DNA of 64,000 nucleotides from Diplonema japonicum (taxonomy: Eukaryota; Protista; Euglenozoa: Diplonemea). This document shows positions 10,163 to 22,141 of the stretch, piece by piece (position 1 is the first letter of the stretch; every line of letters starts with the position of its first letter). The DNA lies in contig OZ025738.1 in the NCBI GenBank assembly GCA_964019335.1, positions 310,001 to 374,000 on the forward strand, in the 5' to 3' direction. The notes beneath the pieces are model-generated. The model saw only the letters and a program-made list of their open reading frames with translations, was not told where the DNA came from and made no database searches. The position numbers were made by a program, and so were the translations under genes.

Positions 10163-11716
10163 TAAAGGGGCCCCCCCCCGAATAATCCCTTTATTTGGGC
10201 AGTGGAGGGGGGGTGTTAGGGCTCCAAAAAAAAAGAATTATTTGGAATACACTTATTTGGGTTGTACTTTGGGCTGGGTCGCCTGCCACATGGCAGGGAG
10301 CGGGGCTTAGAGCACTTCGGAAATCTTAACATGCCAAATCGTGCCAAGATTTCTTTCATGCCCTTTTTTTTTCCAAGGGAAATTTTAAAACAGTTTTTCT
10401 CCCAGGCTGTGGAGAACCCACAAACGTTGCAGACAGACCGCCTGGTTTTGGCGTTAGGTGGTTGCTGGGAGGTTGCGGGGGTCTGAGAGGCTTGAGAATC
10501 TGTCGGGGCCTGAGAAGCTGCAAGGGCTTGGGAGGCTGCTGGAGTCTCGTCAGGTGCAGTGTCCATTGTAACACCCGCAACTACGTTCTGTGCTGCACTG
10601 TCTAAAGCCCGACTCCTTCAAAGTGCTTACTTAGCTAAGTGCTCTTAGCTGTATGGTCTCCTCGGAACTACCTGGAAGGTAGCCGCGAGACCGCATACAG
10701 CTAAAGGTGCCGAGCAGTTGCATGACCTTTCTCATGTGCCTGCCCTACCCACAGTGCCACGTTGATTCGGCGCTCTGCTGCGGTCATCACCAACGTCCCG
10801 CCTCGGCTGCTTGCCGCAGCCCCCTAACCCCTCAAAATGGTGGTAGGTCTGAATCGCCGGTGCCACACAGAAGCAGCCTCACAATACGTACTTTTCATTT
10901 TCAATCGATTGTTATATTTGTACTAATAAAATATAGCGCGCATTCGACGGCACTGATCAAGAAGGGCCCCACGTCCGCCGGGTTGAGCAGAGGATGCCCC
11001 GGGGCGGCCGTTCCAGTCTGATTATGTCGCACTATAATATATTTCTCATCTTCTAGAAGAAAATGGGGTTTTTGCCCTCGTAGCTCGCCGGGATATTCCA
11101 TTCTTGAGCAAGATCCCAAAGCTGTGCCGTAGCCCACTGACAGTATTGTGAGGCTGCTTACGCAAGTAAGAGTGCGGGCCATGAAAGCAAATACTGGATA
11201 AGTTGTCAACACATGAATCCACGTGCCCCTCCGGCAACGCAGAAGCACCCGGGCCACCCACAAAGCGCCTTCGAACTAAGTAGTTCCGTGAAATTTTGAA
11301 CCATTGCCCATGAAATTTTGAACCATTCATCACGAACCATCTAGCTTCTTGCGTTAAGAAAAATAGTCCCCCAAAATAACCCCCAGGTGCTAAGCCCCGT
11401 GGTCCCTGTTCAAAATGCAAAAGAATTGCTCGTAAGTGCCCAAAAAGTGCCCAAAACCAGGCGGAAATCGAGTTTTTGGTCAAAAAAGGGGTGTATACAT
11501 GGGTTAGGTCGGCTAGTACCCTGCACAGGCATAACTGAAAAAAGCCCGTTGCACGACTACCGTGTGACCCCCTCACCCCCCCGGTCCCCCCCAAAAAAAA
11601 AAGAAAGGGGTCGGGAATTATTTGGGAAATTTGGAGCGGAAAAATCCCCGAAAAAAAAAAAATTATTTGGGAAAAAACACATTATTTGGGAGGGAATTAT
11701 TCGGGCCCCCCCTTTA
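10163..11716. mobile_element. TIR element family A, copy 2
   Basis: Same TIRs and TA flanks as copy 1; carries an ~80-bp internal inversion. Confidence 0.85.
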
Positions 11717-13107
11717 TATGCAACTTGTGCCGAGCAAAGAATCTTCGCAGCTTTTAAAAACGTTTTTTTGCTCGTGCGAACAACAAAGCAAAAAGTAAAA
11801 TGCCGCCGAAGACTGCCAACGGGGGTGGAGAGAGGGTTTAACCACCCACCTCCCCGCCTCCGCGCTCTTTCCTAAGCCCTGCATCGATAGAGTTCTTCTT
11901 GCTGCTATCCGCAATTCTGCTCTACAACAGCGGTCGAACGCAGCTGCGCCTTGTGTTCACAAGGCTCAGGACATCAATTAAACCTGAGAAATTGAACCGT
12001 CTATTGGTGATAAGCACGGAGGGGGCATGTTCCGAGTGAAGACTTCATCAGTTGCGTCATAAGACGGTTTCATGATATAAATGCTGTCGCCCACATCATT
12101 CTTTTATTTAAAAGCATAGTATCCAGGGTTAACCGATCACCCGCGGGTTTTTAATTACAATCGGGTTTTAAATTGACGTCAAATGAAAGGCGAGCATGCA
12201 ACCATGCTTAAAACCCTTATATTCGTATCCCGGGCCCCCCAGATACACAAAGCCGACCCCAGGGAGCATCGAAACGACTTAGAAAAGGATTATTTTCCCG
12301 AAAAGCTGGTGCTTCCCTGTTTCAGGCAGGGTCCTAATTGGGAGCGAAATCAAAAGTCGATAATTTAGCATGCAGCCATGCATATAATAACCCTCCTATT
12401 CGTCCCCCGGGCCCCCCAGATACACAAAGCCGACCCCAGGGAGCATCATCAAAACGACTTAGAAAGGATTATTTCCCGAAAAGCTGGGTTTTCCCTTTTT
12501 TTGGCGGTTTTTCTTCTTTTTTCTGTTTAAATAGGAGCGAAATCAAAAATCAATAAATAGAACGGGAGGAGAGCGTGCAACCATACTTATAACCCTTCTA
12601 TTCGTCTCCCGGACCTCCCAGATACACAAAGCCTGCACAGTCTAGTTCGAGAACCTTGTGAATGCTCGGCATACTTTTGTCCTCACCCAATCCCTCGGCT
12701 CTCCCCTCCCTCCTGTGTTGTTGCGTCAAATAAGAAAACGAAAAGAGGACATGCAAGAAGAAAGAAGAAAGTCAGGTAGCTAAAAGGGAAACAAATTCTT
12801 TCTTGGTTACCAATTAACCGAAGTGGAATGGATCACCACTTGAAGCTGGTGTGCCTCCACCACGGCAAGTACTTTGTTTATCTTTCCAATCTTTGTTTCG
12901 TACTTCTTCTTGGAAAAGAAAAGCGTGCAAAATAAATTCACAATGATACGAAAGAAGGTGGTTAGCAACAAAAAATTAAAATAAAAGCAACAAATCAGTC
13001 TTTGAAGACAGCCTCTAAAAACGGAAAGTGTAACACGGTGGTTTTTTTTGAAAGTGTAACATAGTGGTTCATCCTTCAGGGAAATGAGAAATGAACCAAT
13101 GTGCCGC

Positions 13108-15567
13108 CTAAAGATCTTGCAACGCAAGTGATTCCTCACGATGGACGGCCCCATGGATGAATTCCATGACACAGCGGCCTTCGTTTATTTTGGAAAGGGC
13201 CCACGACTGGATGTCTGTTGGGGACTCGATGCTGGGCGACGGTTTGGCCTTCGGGTCCACCTGCACCTCCCTCAGTGCCACGGCCACAGGGTCCGAGACA
13301 GTTGCCTCTTCCAGCTGGTACATCCACTCCTCCTCCTTTACGGCCACCTCGTTCCCAACCTCCTGCACAAGGATCGGCTTCGTCCCGCTCTTCACCACAA
13401 GAAGCGTCACAGCCGACAGGGAGAACTTCCCTGCCGCACCCTCCGCCACCGAAGGGGACACCAGCGTGATGCCACGGGCCAGTACCTCCCCCACCTCGGA
13501 GGCCACAGCAGACACCCCACTCAACTCCAACAGTGCAGGACCCTTCATCCCGAAGCCCTTGTTCGTCGCAGAGCCGAGGTTCCCCGCAACGAACTCCCCG
13601 TGTGCCACAGCCATCACAGGCCTCGCAACCCTCCTCGTCTCCTCCGAGCACGATATCGCGTTGCAGAAGGCCACCGCCCGTGTCTTCGGTTCCGAGCACC
13701 GCAGTCCCACGTTCCACGTCAGCATGAAGGTGAAGGGGTCCGACACAGAGAACCCGTGTGCGAGGCCCTTCGTCGCACGAGCCGTCTCCTGCATCACCTC
13801 AACGAGCTTTCCGAAACAGTTGGGGAAGCCAGTGCCCCCTTGGTCGGTGAAGCACAGCCGAACCACAGTCCCCCTGTAGTTCTGCTGCTGCATCGACAGG
13901 TTCTGACCAGCGTTCACAACCGCCTTCGACGCTGTACCTGTGCTGTTGCTGTACTTGCTTCTGCTGTTCGGGCTTTTCGAGCTTGCCATGCTCTCCTCCT
14001 CCACCTCTGTGTCACCGTCCACGAACAAGGTGTTCGGGAGGTACGCCTTGTACTCCCGCAGGCCTCGGATGGCGAGCAGCAAGCCATCCGTGACACATGC
14101 CACCTCCTTCACCATCACAGGCTTGTACATCGCATTCATGTGAGCCTCCGCAGCGTCCAGATCCATGGTCTCGAGGTGCTTGTTGCCAACGACGAGCCTC
14201 CCGAGCGGGCGGGCTATGAGGACTATCTCCAGAACGGCGATCACAATGTCGACAACGAAGATGACGACGGAGGCGATGATGAGCTGAACAAGGGCGGCGA
14301 ACACCTTCTCGTTGACGGACGACACAGAGCGCAGCCACAGCAGCTCGAAGGTATTGCTCGTGGCGTTGAACATGTGGGTTCTCCTCAAGAAGTACTCCCC
14401 GCCCTCCAACGCCGTGTCGATGAAGTAGTCCTTCTTGTACAGCGGCCTGGTCTTGTTCACGTCAGACACTTCAAAGTACTCCCCGTACCTCACATGGGTC
14501 CGGAGGGTTGTGGATGACAGATCTGCGGTGAAGAAGGTCCCTTGCAGCCTCTGCAGGGTCGCATTGATGGCCCCAGACACTGTGGGACCGAGGTCGTTCA
14601 CGTCCAAGAGGCAGTCATGCCCGGACGCTCCAAAAACAGCGCAGGTGAAGCATCTGTTGTAGCATTCGAACTTGATTGCCGGCCCGTTGAACAGGGTGTG
14701 GGCAAAGAGATTTCCTGCGGAGGAGTCCAGTGCGACCAGCTCGGTGTGGGCCGTCTTGAAGTCACGGATGACAACTGTCCATGTGGAAAAGACGAAAAAG
14801 GAAAAGACGAAAAAAGTGTAGGTCCCCTGAGGCCAGTGCAAGGTGCGGCGCATGACGTGCTCACCGTAAGCGTAAGGCGACCCATCAGCGGCGTTCCAGA
14901 AGTAAATAGGTGACCAACTCTCAGCAGGTAAACTGTGCATCTGTTTGACCCAAGCATCCTGTGGTGGCTCCTCCCACTCCACATGGAACCTATCAGATTG
15001 AAAACGACCCTGCTCATCAACTGCGGTAAGGGTCTTTAACCAAGATATCTTAGTACCGTTGGTGGTTGTAATCAAACGGCCTGTTGTGTTCCCGTTGCCA
15101 AACCATCTCGCAGGGTTGCCCTGCTCGTCAAGGACAGGGTCCGCCCACACGTATTGCTTCATCACGCCATCCGCCTCCTCCCAAGGATGGGTGCATGTTG
15201 TGCAGTTTGGGTAGTAGGCCTTCGTCAAGGAGTACCCACCCCCATACCCATTCTTCACAGATTTCGCTGCCGCATATGCATGAGCCCCGTAGATCTTCGT
15301 GATGTGTGAAAAGCCGAGTGACACATTCATCACGTCATCCCGCAGGAAGAGGAGGTACATTTCTTCTGTCGCTGCCTCCACGTCCTCCAGGATCCCAGCC
15401 AGTCGGAGTTTTGCGCTTTTTGACGCCGCGGCACTCGAGTCTTCAACAGCAGAGCGCAGCACCGAGATACTCTCCACGTACAGCATGTACCCAGCTAAAA
15501 GGGAGATCACAGTGGACACCACTGTTGACACGAAGATGATAAGCTTGGAAGGGACGTACACCGACAT
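13108..15567 (-). CDS. Cache-HAMP-pseudocyclase receptor, copy 2 (identical protein to copy 1)
   Basis: Translation identical to 6705-9164. Confidence 0.85.
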   Translation of the reverse strand: MSVYVPSKLIIFVSTVVSTVISLLAGYMLYVESISVLRSAVEDSSAAASKSAKLRLAGILEDVEAATEEMYLLFLRDDVMNVSLGFSHITKIYGAHAYAAAKSVKNGYGGGYSLTKAYYPNCTTCTHPWEEADGVMKQYVWADPVLDEQGNPARWFGNGNTTGRLITTTNGTKISWLKTLTAVDEQGRFQSDRFHVEWEEPPQDAWVKQMHSLPAESWSPIYFWNAADGSPYAYGEHVMRRTLHWPQGTYTFFVFSFFVFSTWTVVIRDFKTAHTELVALDSSAGNLFAHTLFNGPAIKFECYNRCFTCAVFGASGHDCLLDVNDLGPTVSGAINATLQRLQGTFFTADLSSTTLRTHVRYGEYFEVSDVNKTRPLYKKDYFIDTALEGGEYFLRRTHMFNATSNTFELLWLRSVSSVNEKVFAALVQLIIASVVIFVVDIVIAVLEIVLIARPLGRLVVGNKHLETMDLDAAEAHMNAMYKPVMVKEVACVTDGLLLAIRGLREYKAYLPNTLFVDGDTEVEEESMASSKSPNSRSKYSNSTGTASKAVVNAGQNLSMQQQNYRGTVVRLCFTDQGGTGFPNCFGKLVEVMQETARATKGLAHGFSVSDPFTFMLTWNVGLRCSEPKTRAVAFCNAISCSEETRRVARPVMAVAHGEFVAGNLGSATNKGFGMKGPALLELSGVSAVASEVGEVLARGITLVSPSVAEGAAGKFSLSAVTLLVVKSGTKPILVQEVGNEVAVKEEEWMYQLEEATVSDPVAVALREVQVDPKAKPSPSIESPTDIQSWALSKINEGRCVMEFIHGAVHREESLALQDL

Positions 15568-16484
15568 CTTTGGTTTTTGGTCAGTCCTGTTGGTATGGTG
15601 GGGTGTGATTACACATATTTCAGTAGAAAGAAACACAAAAAGAAGATATTTCGCAGGTAGTGTGCTGGTTGGCGCCCACCGTTGACTGGGGACGTGCCTT
15701 TTCATTCAGCGGTGCCGGCCGTTGAGGTGTTCCTGTCATTTGAGCCATCTGAGATCGCATCCTGTTGCAAGCTGTCAGGATTCAGCCTGTCATCTGCATT
15801 AAGCACATCGACCGCAGTCTCTGTAAGAAGAAAAAGAACTCCAGTTCGAATTGGGGAAGGAAATATTATGATTTTCCATTGACGGAATAGAAACTCCGAG
15901 TCACACAATAACTTCCGAGTACTGTGTGTATGCGTCTTTTCAATTACTTCTTGGAACATAATAAGTACACATCCGGTAGTAAAAAGAGAAAAAATATATG
16001 AGTTAAAGGAAGTCTTTGTGAGACGCCCCCTTGTCCTCTACCTGCACCTATCCCCTGAAAAAAGAAAACTTCCGATAGCCTCCTGGTAGCCGCGTCTTTG
16101 GGGTATTAATGTCATGTCGAGCAGCTCCACATTGATGTAGAGCTCTCCATAGGGCGTCAGCACGGCTAGCAACAAAGTGCTACGCAACCACCCGCTTCAA
16201 AAGATTGCGCGCGTTTCCCTGTTCAGCACTCTGAAGGCATGTTGCCCGTACCGCGCAGCCGGTCTTTTTTTTTTTTAATTTTAAATTCCACTTTTTTTTC
16301 GACTTGCTAAGGCACCCACTAGGTGGGATGGAAGTGTCTCGTGACGCTCACCCGGTTGCCCAGGTACTCATGACCGTGCTGGTGTTCTCTTTCCACAAGC
16401 TTTGCTGGTTGTTTGGCACTTTACATTTCTTTTTTCCTTCTTCTTTTTTTTTTTTCTTGGCTACCGCGGGTGCCGGACCTCAGT

Positions 16485-16530
<46 letters not shown>

Positions 16531-16564
16531 TTACAAATATTTATCTTTTGAAAAAATAATTTTA

Positions 16565-18118
16565 TAAAGGGGCCCCCCCCCGAATAATCCCTTTATTTGG
16601 GCAGTGGAGGGGGGGTGTTAGGGCTCCAAAAAAAAAGAATTATTTGGAATACACTTATTTGGGTTGTACTTTGGGCTGGGTCGCCTGCCACATGGCAGGG
16701 AGCGGGGCTTAGAGCACTTCGGAAATCTTAACATGCCAAATCGTGCCAAGATTTCTTTCATGCCCTTTTTTTTTCCAAGGGAAATTTTAAAACAGTTTTT
16801 CTCCCAGGCTGTGGAGAACCCACAAACGTTGCAGACAGACCGCCTGGTTTTGGCGTTAGGTGGTTGCTGGGAGGTTGCGGGGGTCTGAGAGGCTTGAGAA
16901 TCTGTCGGGGCCTGAGAAGCTGCAAGGGCTTGGGAGGCTGCTGGAGTCTCGTCAGGTGCAGTGTCCATTGTAACACCCGCAACTACGTTCTGTGCTGCAC
17001 TGTCTAAAGCCCGACTCCTTCAAAGTGCTTACTTAGCTAAGTGCTCTTAGCTGTATGGTCTCCTCGGAACTACCTGGAAGGTAGCCGCGAGACCGCATAC
17101 AGCTAAAGGTGCCGAGCAGTTGCATGACCTTTCTCATGTGCCTGCCCTACCCACAGTGCCACGTTGATTCGGCGCTCTGCTGCGGTCATCACCAACGTCC
17201 CGCCTCGGCTGCTTGCCGCAGCCCCCTAACCCCTCAAAATGGTGGTAGGTCTGAATCGCCGGTGCCACACAGAAGCAGCCTCACAATACGTACTTTTCAT
17301 TTTCAATCGATTGTTATATTTGTACTAATAAAATATAGCGCGCATTCGACGGCACTGATCAAGAAGGGCCCCACGTCCGCCGGGTTGAGCAGAGGATGCC
17401 CCGGGGCGGCCGTTCCAGTCTGATTATGTCGCACTATAATATATTTCTCATCTTCTAGAAGAAAATGGGGTTTTTGCCCTCGTAGCTCGCCGGGATATTC
17501 CATTCTTGAGCAAGATCCCAAAGCTGTGCCGTAGCCCACTGACAGTATTGTGAGGCTGCTTACGCAAGTAAGAGTGCGGGCCATGAAAGCAAATACTGGA
17601 TAAGTTGTCAACACATGAATCCACGTGCCCCTCCGGCAACGCAGAAGCACCCGGGCCACCCACAAAGCGCCTTCGAACTAAGTAGTTCCGTGAAATTTTG
17701 AACCATTGCCCATGAAATTTTGAACCATTCATCACGAACCATCTAGCTTCTTGCGTTAAGAAAAATAGTCCCCCAAAATAACCCCCAGGTGCTAAGCCCC
17801 GTGGTCCCTGTTCAAAATGCAAAAGAATTGCTCGTAAGTGCCCAAAAAGTGCCCAAAACCAGGCGGAAATCGAGTTTTTGGTCAAAAAAGGGGTGTATAC
17901 ATGGGTTAGGTCGGCTAGTACCCTGCACAGGCATAACTGAAAAAAGCCCGTTGCACGACTACCGTGTGACCCCCTCACCCCCCCGGTCCCCCCCAAAAAA
18001 AAAAGAAAGGGGTCGGGAATTATTTGGGAAATTTGGAGCGGAAAAATCCCCGAAAAAAAAAAAATTATTTGGGAAAAAACACATTATTTGGGAGGGAATT
18101 ATTCGGGCCCCCCCTTTA
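16565..18118. mobile_element. TIR element family A, copy 3
   Basis: Identical to copy 2 by eye. Confidence 0.85.
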
Positions 18119-19509
18119 TATGCAACTTGTGCCGAGCAAAGAATCTTCGCAGCTTTTAAAAACGTTTTTTTGCTCGTGCGAACAACAAAGCAAAAAGTAA
18201 AATGCCGCCGAAGACTGCCAACGGGGGTGGAGAGAGGGTTTAACCACCCACCTCCCCGCCTCCGCGCTCTTTCCTAAGCCCTGCATCGATAGAGTTCTTC
18301 TTGCTGCTATCCGCAATTCTGCTCTACAACAGCGGTCGAACGCAGCTGCGCCTTGTGTTCACAAGGCTCAGGACATCAATTAAACCTGAGAAATTGAACC
18401 GTCTATTGGTGATAAGCACGGAGGGGGCATGTTCCGAGTGAAGACTTCATCAGTTGCGTCATAAGACGGTTTCATGATATAAATGCTGTCGCCCACATCA
18501 TTCTTTTATTTAAAAGCATAGTATCCAGGGTTAACCGATCACCCGCGGGTTTTTAATTACAATCGGGTTTTAAATTGACGTCAAATGAAAGGCGAGCATG
18601 CAACCATGCTTAAAACCCTTATATTCGTATCCCGGGCCCCCCAGATACACAAAGCCGACCCCAGGGAGCATCGAAACGACTTAGAAAAGGATTATTTTCC
18701 CGAAAAGCTGGTGCTTCCCTGTTTCAGGCAGGGTCCTAATTGGGAGCGAAATCAAAAGTCGATAATTTAGCATGCAGCCATGCATATAATAACCCTCCTA
18801 TTCGTCCCCCGGGCCCCCCAGATACACAAAGCCGACCCCAGGGAGCATCATCAAAACGACTTAGAAAGGATTATTTCCCGAAAAGCTGGGTTTTCCCTTT
18901 TTTTGGCGGTTTTTCTTCTTTTTTCTGTTTAAATAGGAGCGAAATCAAAAATCAATAAATAGAACGGGAGGAGAGCGTGCAACCATACTTATAACCCTTC
19001 TATTCGTCTCCCGGACCTCCCAGATACACAAAGCCTGCACAGTCTAGTTCGAGAACCTTGTGAATGCTCGGCATACTTTTGTCCTCACCCAATCCCTCGG
19101 CTCTCCCCTCCCTCCTGTGTTGTTGCGTCAAATAAGAAAACGAAAAGAGGACATGCAAGAAGAAAGAAGAAAGTCAGGTAGCTAAAAGGGAAACAAATTC
19201 TTTCTTGGTTACCAATTAACCGAAGTGGAATGGATCACCACTTGAAGCTGGTGTGCCTCCACCACGGCAAGTACTTTGTTTATCTTTCCAATCTTTGTTT
19301 CGTACTTCTTCTTGGAAAAGAAAAGCGTGCAAAATAAATTCACAATGATACGAAAGAAGGTGGTTAGCAACAAAAAATTAAAATAAAAGCAACAAATCAG
19401 TCTTTGAAGACAGCCTCTAAAAACGGAAAGTGTAACACGGTGGTTTTTTTTGAAAGTGTAACATAGTGGTTCATCCTTCAGGGAAATGAGAAATGAACCA
19501 ATGTGCCGC

Positions 19510-21951
19510 CTAAAGATCTTGCAACGCAAGTGATTCCTCACGATGGACGGCCCCATGGATGAATTCCATGACACAGCGGCCTTCGTTTATTTTGGAAAGG
19601 GCCCACGACTGGATGTCTGTTGGGGACTCGATGCTGGGCGACGGTTTGGCCTTCGGGTCCACCTGCACCTCCCTCAGTGCCACGGCCACAGGGTCCGAGA
19701 CAGTTGCCTCTTCCAGCTGGTACATCCACTCCTCCTCCTTTACGGCCACCTCGTTCCCAACCTCCTGCACAAGGATCGGCTTCGTCCCGCTCTTCACCAC
19801 AAGAAGCGTCACAGCCGACAGGGAGAACTTCCCTGCCGCACCCTCCGCCACCGAAGGGGACACCAGCGTGATGCCACGGGCCAGTACCTCCCCCACCTCG
19901 GAGGCCACAGCAGACACCCCACTCAACTCCAACAGTGCAGGACCCTTCATCCCGAAGCCCTTGTTCGTCGCAGAGCCGAGGTTCCCCGCAACGAACTCCC
20001 CGTGTGCCACAGCCATCACAGGCCTCGCAACCCTCCTCGTCTCCTCCGAGCACGATATCGCGTTGCAGAAGGCCACCGCCCGTGTCTTCGGTTCCGAGCA
20101 CCGCAGTCCCACGTTCCACGTCAGCATGAAGGTGAAGGGGTCCGACACAGAGAACCCGTGTGCGAGGCCCTTCGTCGCACGAGCCGTCTCCTGCATCACC
20201 TCAACGAGCTTTCCGAAACAGTTGGGGAAGCCAGTGCCCCCTTGGTCGGTGAAGCACAGCCGAACCACAGTCCCCCTGTAGTTCTGCTGCTGCATCGACA
20301 GGTTCTGACCAGCGTTCACAACCGCCTTCGACGCTGTACCTGTGCTGTTGCTGTACTTGCTTCTGCTGTTCGGGCTTTTCGAGCTTGCCATGCTCTCCTC
20401 CTCCACCTCTGTGTCACCGTCCACGAACAAGGTGTTCGGGAGGTACGCCTTGTACTCCCGCAGGCCTCGGATGGCGAGCAGCAAGCCATCCGTGACACAT
20501 GCCACCTCCTTCACCATCACAGGCTTGTACATCGCATTCATGTGAGCCTCCGCAGCGTCCAGATCCATGGTCTCGAGGTGCTTGTTGCCAACGACGAGCC
20601 TCCCGAGCGGGCGGGCTATGAGGACTATCTCCAGAACGGCGATCACAATGTCGACAACGAAGATGACGACGGAGGCGATGATGAGCTGAACAAGGGCGGC
20701 GAACACCTTCTCGTTGACGGACGACACAGAGCGCAGCCACAGCAGCTCGAAGGTATTGCTCGTGGCGTTGAACATGTGGGTTCTCCTCAAGAAGTACTCC
20801 CCGCCCTCCAACGCCGTGTCGATGAAGTAGTCCTTCTTGTACAGCGGCCTGGTCTTGTTCACGTCAGACACTTCAAAGTACTCCCCGTACCTCACATGGG
20901 TCCGGAGGGTTGTGGATGACAGATCTGCGGTGAAGAAGGTCCCTTGCGGCCTCTGCAGGGTCGCATTGATGGCCCCAGACACTGTGGGACCGATGTCGTT
21001 CACGTCCAAGAGGCAGTCCTCTCCTTGGAAATTGGCGCAGGTGAAGCATCTGTTGTAGCATTCGAACTTGATTGCCGGCCCGTTGAACAGGGTGTGGGCA
21101 AAGAGATTTCCTGCGGAGGAGTCCAGTGCGACCAGCTCGGTGTGGGCCGTCTTGAAGTCACGGATGACAACTGTCCATGTGGAAAAGACGAAGGCGTTGA
21201 AGATGACAATGGTGTAGGCCCCCTGAGGCCAGTGCAGGGTGCGGCGTACACGATAATCGCTGTAAGCGTAAGGCGACCCATCAACGGCGTTCCAGAAGTA
21301 CGGCGGTGACCATGTCTGATCAGGGAAGGTTTCCATCAACTTGACCCACTTCTCGCCTAACCCGTCGTCTCTGTACTTATAGTGCTTTTCAGGGAACAGA
21401 CGTCCTTGCTCGTCCAACGCAGTAAATGTCTTCAACAAAGTGATCGCTGTGCCGTTTGTTGACCCAGTCGTGTTCCCAGCCATCCAGTATCTTGCTGAGT
21501 TGCCCTGCTCGTCAAGGACAGGGTCCGCCCACACGTATTGCTTCATGAAACCGTCCACCTCCTCCCAAGGATGGGTGCATGTTGTGCAGTTTGGGTAGTA
21601 GGCCTTCGACAAGAAGTACCCACCCCCATACCCAAACTTCACAGATCTCTCTGCCGCATATGCATGAGCCCCGTAGATCTTCGTGATGTGTGAAAAGCCA
21701 AGTGACACATTCATCACGTCATCCCGCAGGAAGAGGAGGTACCTTTCTTCTGTCGCTGCCTCCACGTCCTCCAGGATCCCAGCCAGTCGGAGTTTTGCGC
21801 TTTTTGACGCCGCGGCACTCGAGTCTTCAACAGCAGAGCGCAGCACCGAGATACTCTCCACGTACAGCATGTACCCAGCTAAAAGGGAGATCACAGTGGA
21901 CACCACTGTTGACACGAAGATGATAAGCTTGGAAGGGACGTACACCGACAT
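19510..21951 (-). CDS. Cache-HAMP-pseudocyclase receptor, copy 3 with divergent extracellular pocket, 813 aa
   Basis: Identical to copies 1 and 2 over the C-terminal ~480 aa and the first ~68 aa; many substitutions and indels in between. Confidence 0.88.
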   Translation of the reverse strand: MSVYVPSKLIIFVSTVVSTVISLLAGYMLYVESISVLRSAVEDSSAAASKSAKLRLAGILEDVEAATEERYLLFLRDDVMNVSLGFSHITKIYGAHAYAAERSVKFGYGGGYFLSKAYYPNCTTCTHPWEEVDGFMKQYVWADPVLDEQGNSARYWMAGNTTGSTNGTAITLLKTFTALDEQGRLFPEKHYKYRDDGLGEKWVKLMETFPDQTWSPPYFWNAVDGSPYAYSDYRVRRTLHWPQGAYTIVIFNAFVFSTWTVVIRDFKTAHTELVALDSSAGNLFAHTLFNGPAIKFECYNRCFTCANFQGEDCLLDVNDIGPTVSGAINATLQRPQGTFFTADLSSTTLRTHVRYGEYFEVSDVNKTRPLYKKDYFIDTALEGGEYFLRRTHMFNATSNTFELLWLRSVSSVNEKVFAALVQLIIASVVIFVVDIVIAVLEIVLIARPLGRLVVGNKHLETMDLDAAEAHMNAMYKPVMVKEVACVTDGLLLAIRGLREYKAYLPNTLFVDGDTEVEEESMASSKSPNSRSKYSNSTGTASKAVVNAGQNLSMQQQNYRGTVVRLCFTDQGGTGFPNCFGKLVEVMQETARATKGLAHGFSVSDPFTFMLTWNVGLRCSEPKTRAVAFCNAISCSEETRRVARPVMAVAHGEFVAGNLGSATNKGFGMKGPALLELSGVSAVASEVGEVLARGITLVSPSVAEGAAGKFSLSAVTLLVVKSGTKPILVQEVGNEVAVKEEEWMYQLEEATVSDPVAVALREVQVDPKAKPSPSIESPTDIQSWALSKINEGRCVMEFIHGAVHREESLALQDL

Positions 21952-22141
21952 CTTTGGTTTTTGGTCAGTCCTGTTGGTATGGTGGGGTGTGATTACACAT
22001 ATTTCAGTAGAAAGAAAGAGAAGCGGCGGTGTTCGGGGTTTCGGATGTGCCGTTTGTCGCTGCCGTCAGTTTTAAGGCAAGTATATGACGTGCAGTGACC
22101 ATCCCTTGCGTGTTGTTCATATAGTGTCGAGCAAGAGTTGC

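Larger units (their letters stand above)
5316..22016. repeat. Tandem segmental array, period 6403/6402 bp, ~2.6 near-identical units (plus a degenerate unit at ~2960-5315)
   Basis: ORF sets recur at offsets of +6403 and +12805. Sequence is identical by eye apart from homopolymer length and the divergent patch at ~20948-21745. Confidence 0.95.

Noticed and set aside
5316-18118. 6.4-kb array as a pure assembly artefact
   Set aside because: Adjacent TIR copy 1 and receptor copy 3 carry distinct variants, so duplication is real; the exact number of identical middle units still needs long-read confirmation.
20948-21745. Diversity-generating retroelement (VR/TR pair)
   Set aside because: Differences include indels and all four bases rather than adenine-specific changes, and there is no DGR-type RT.
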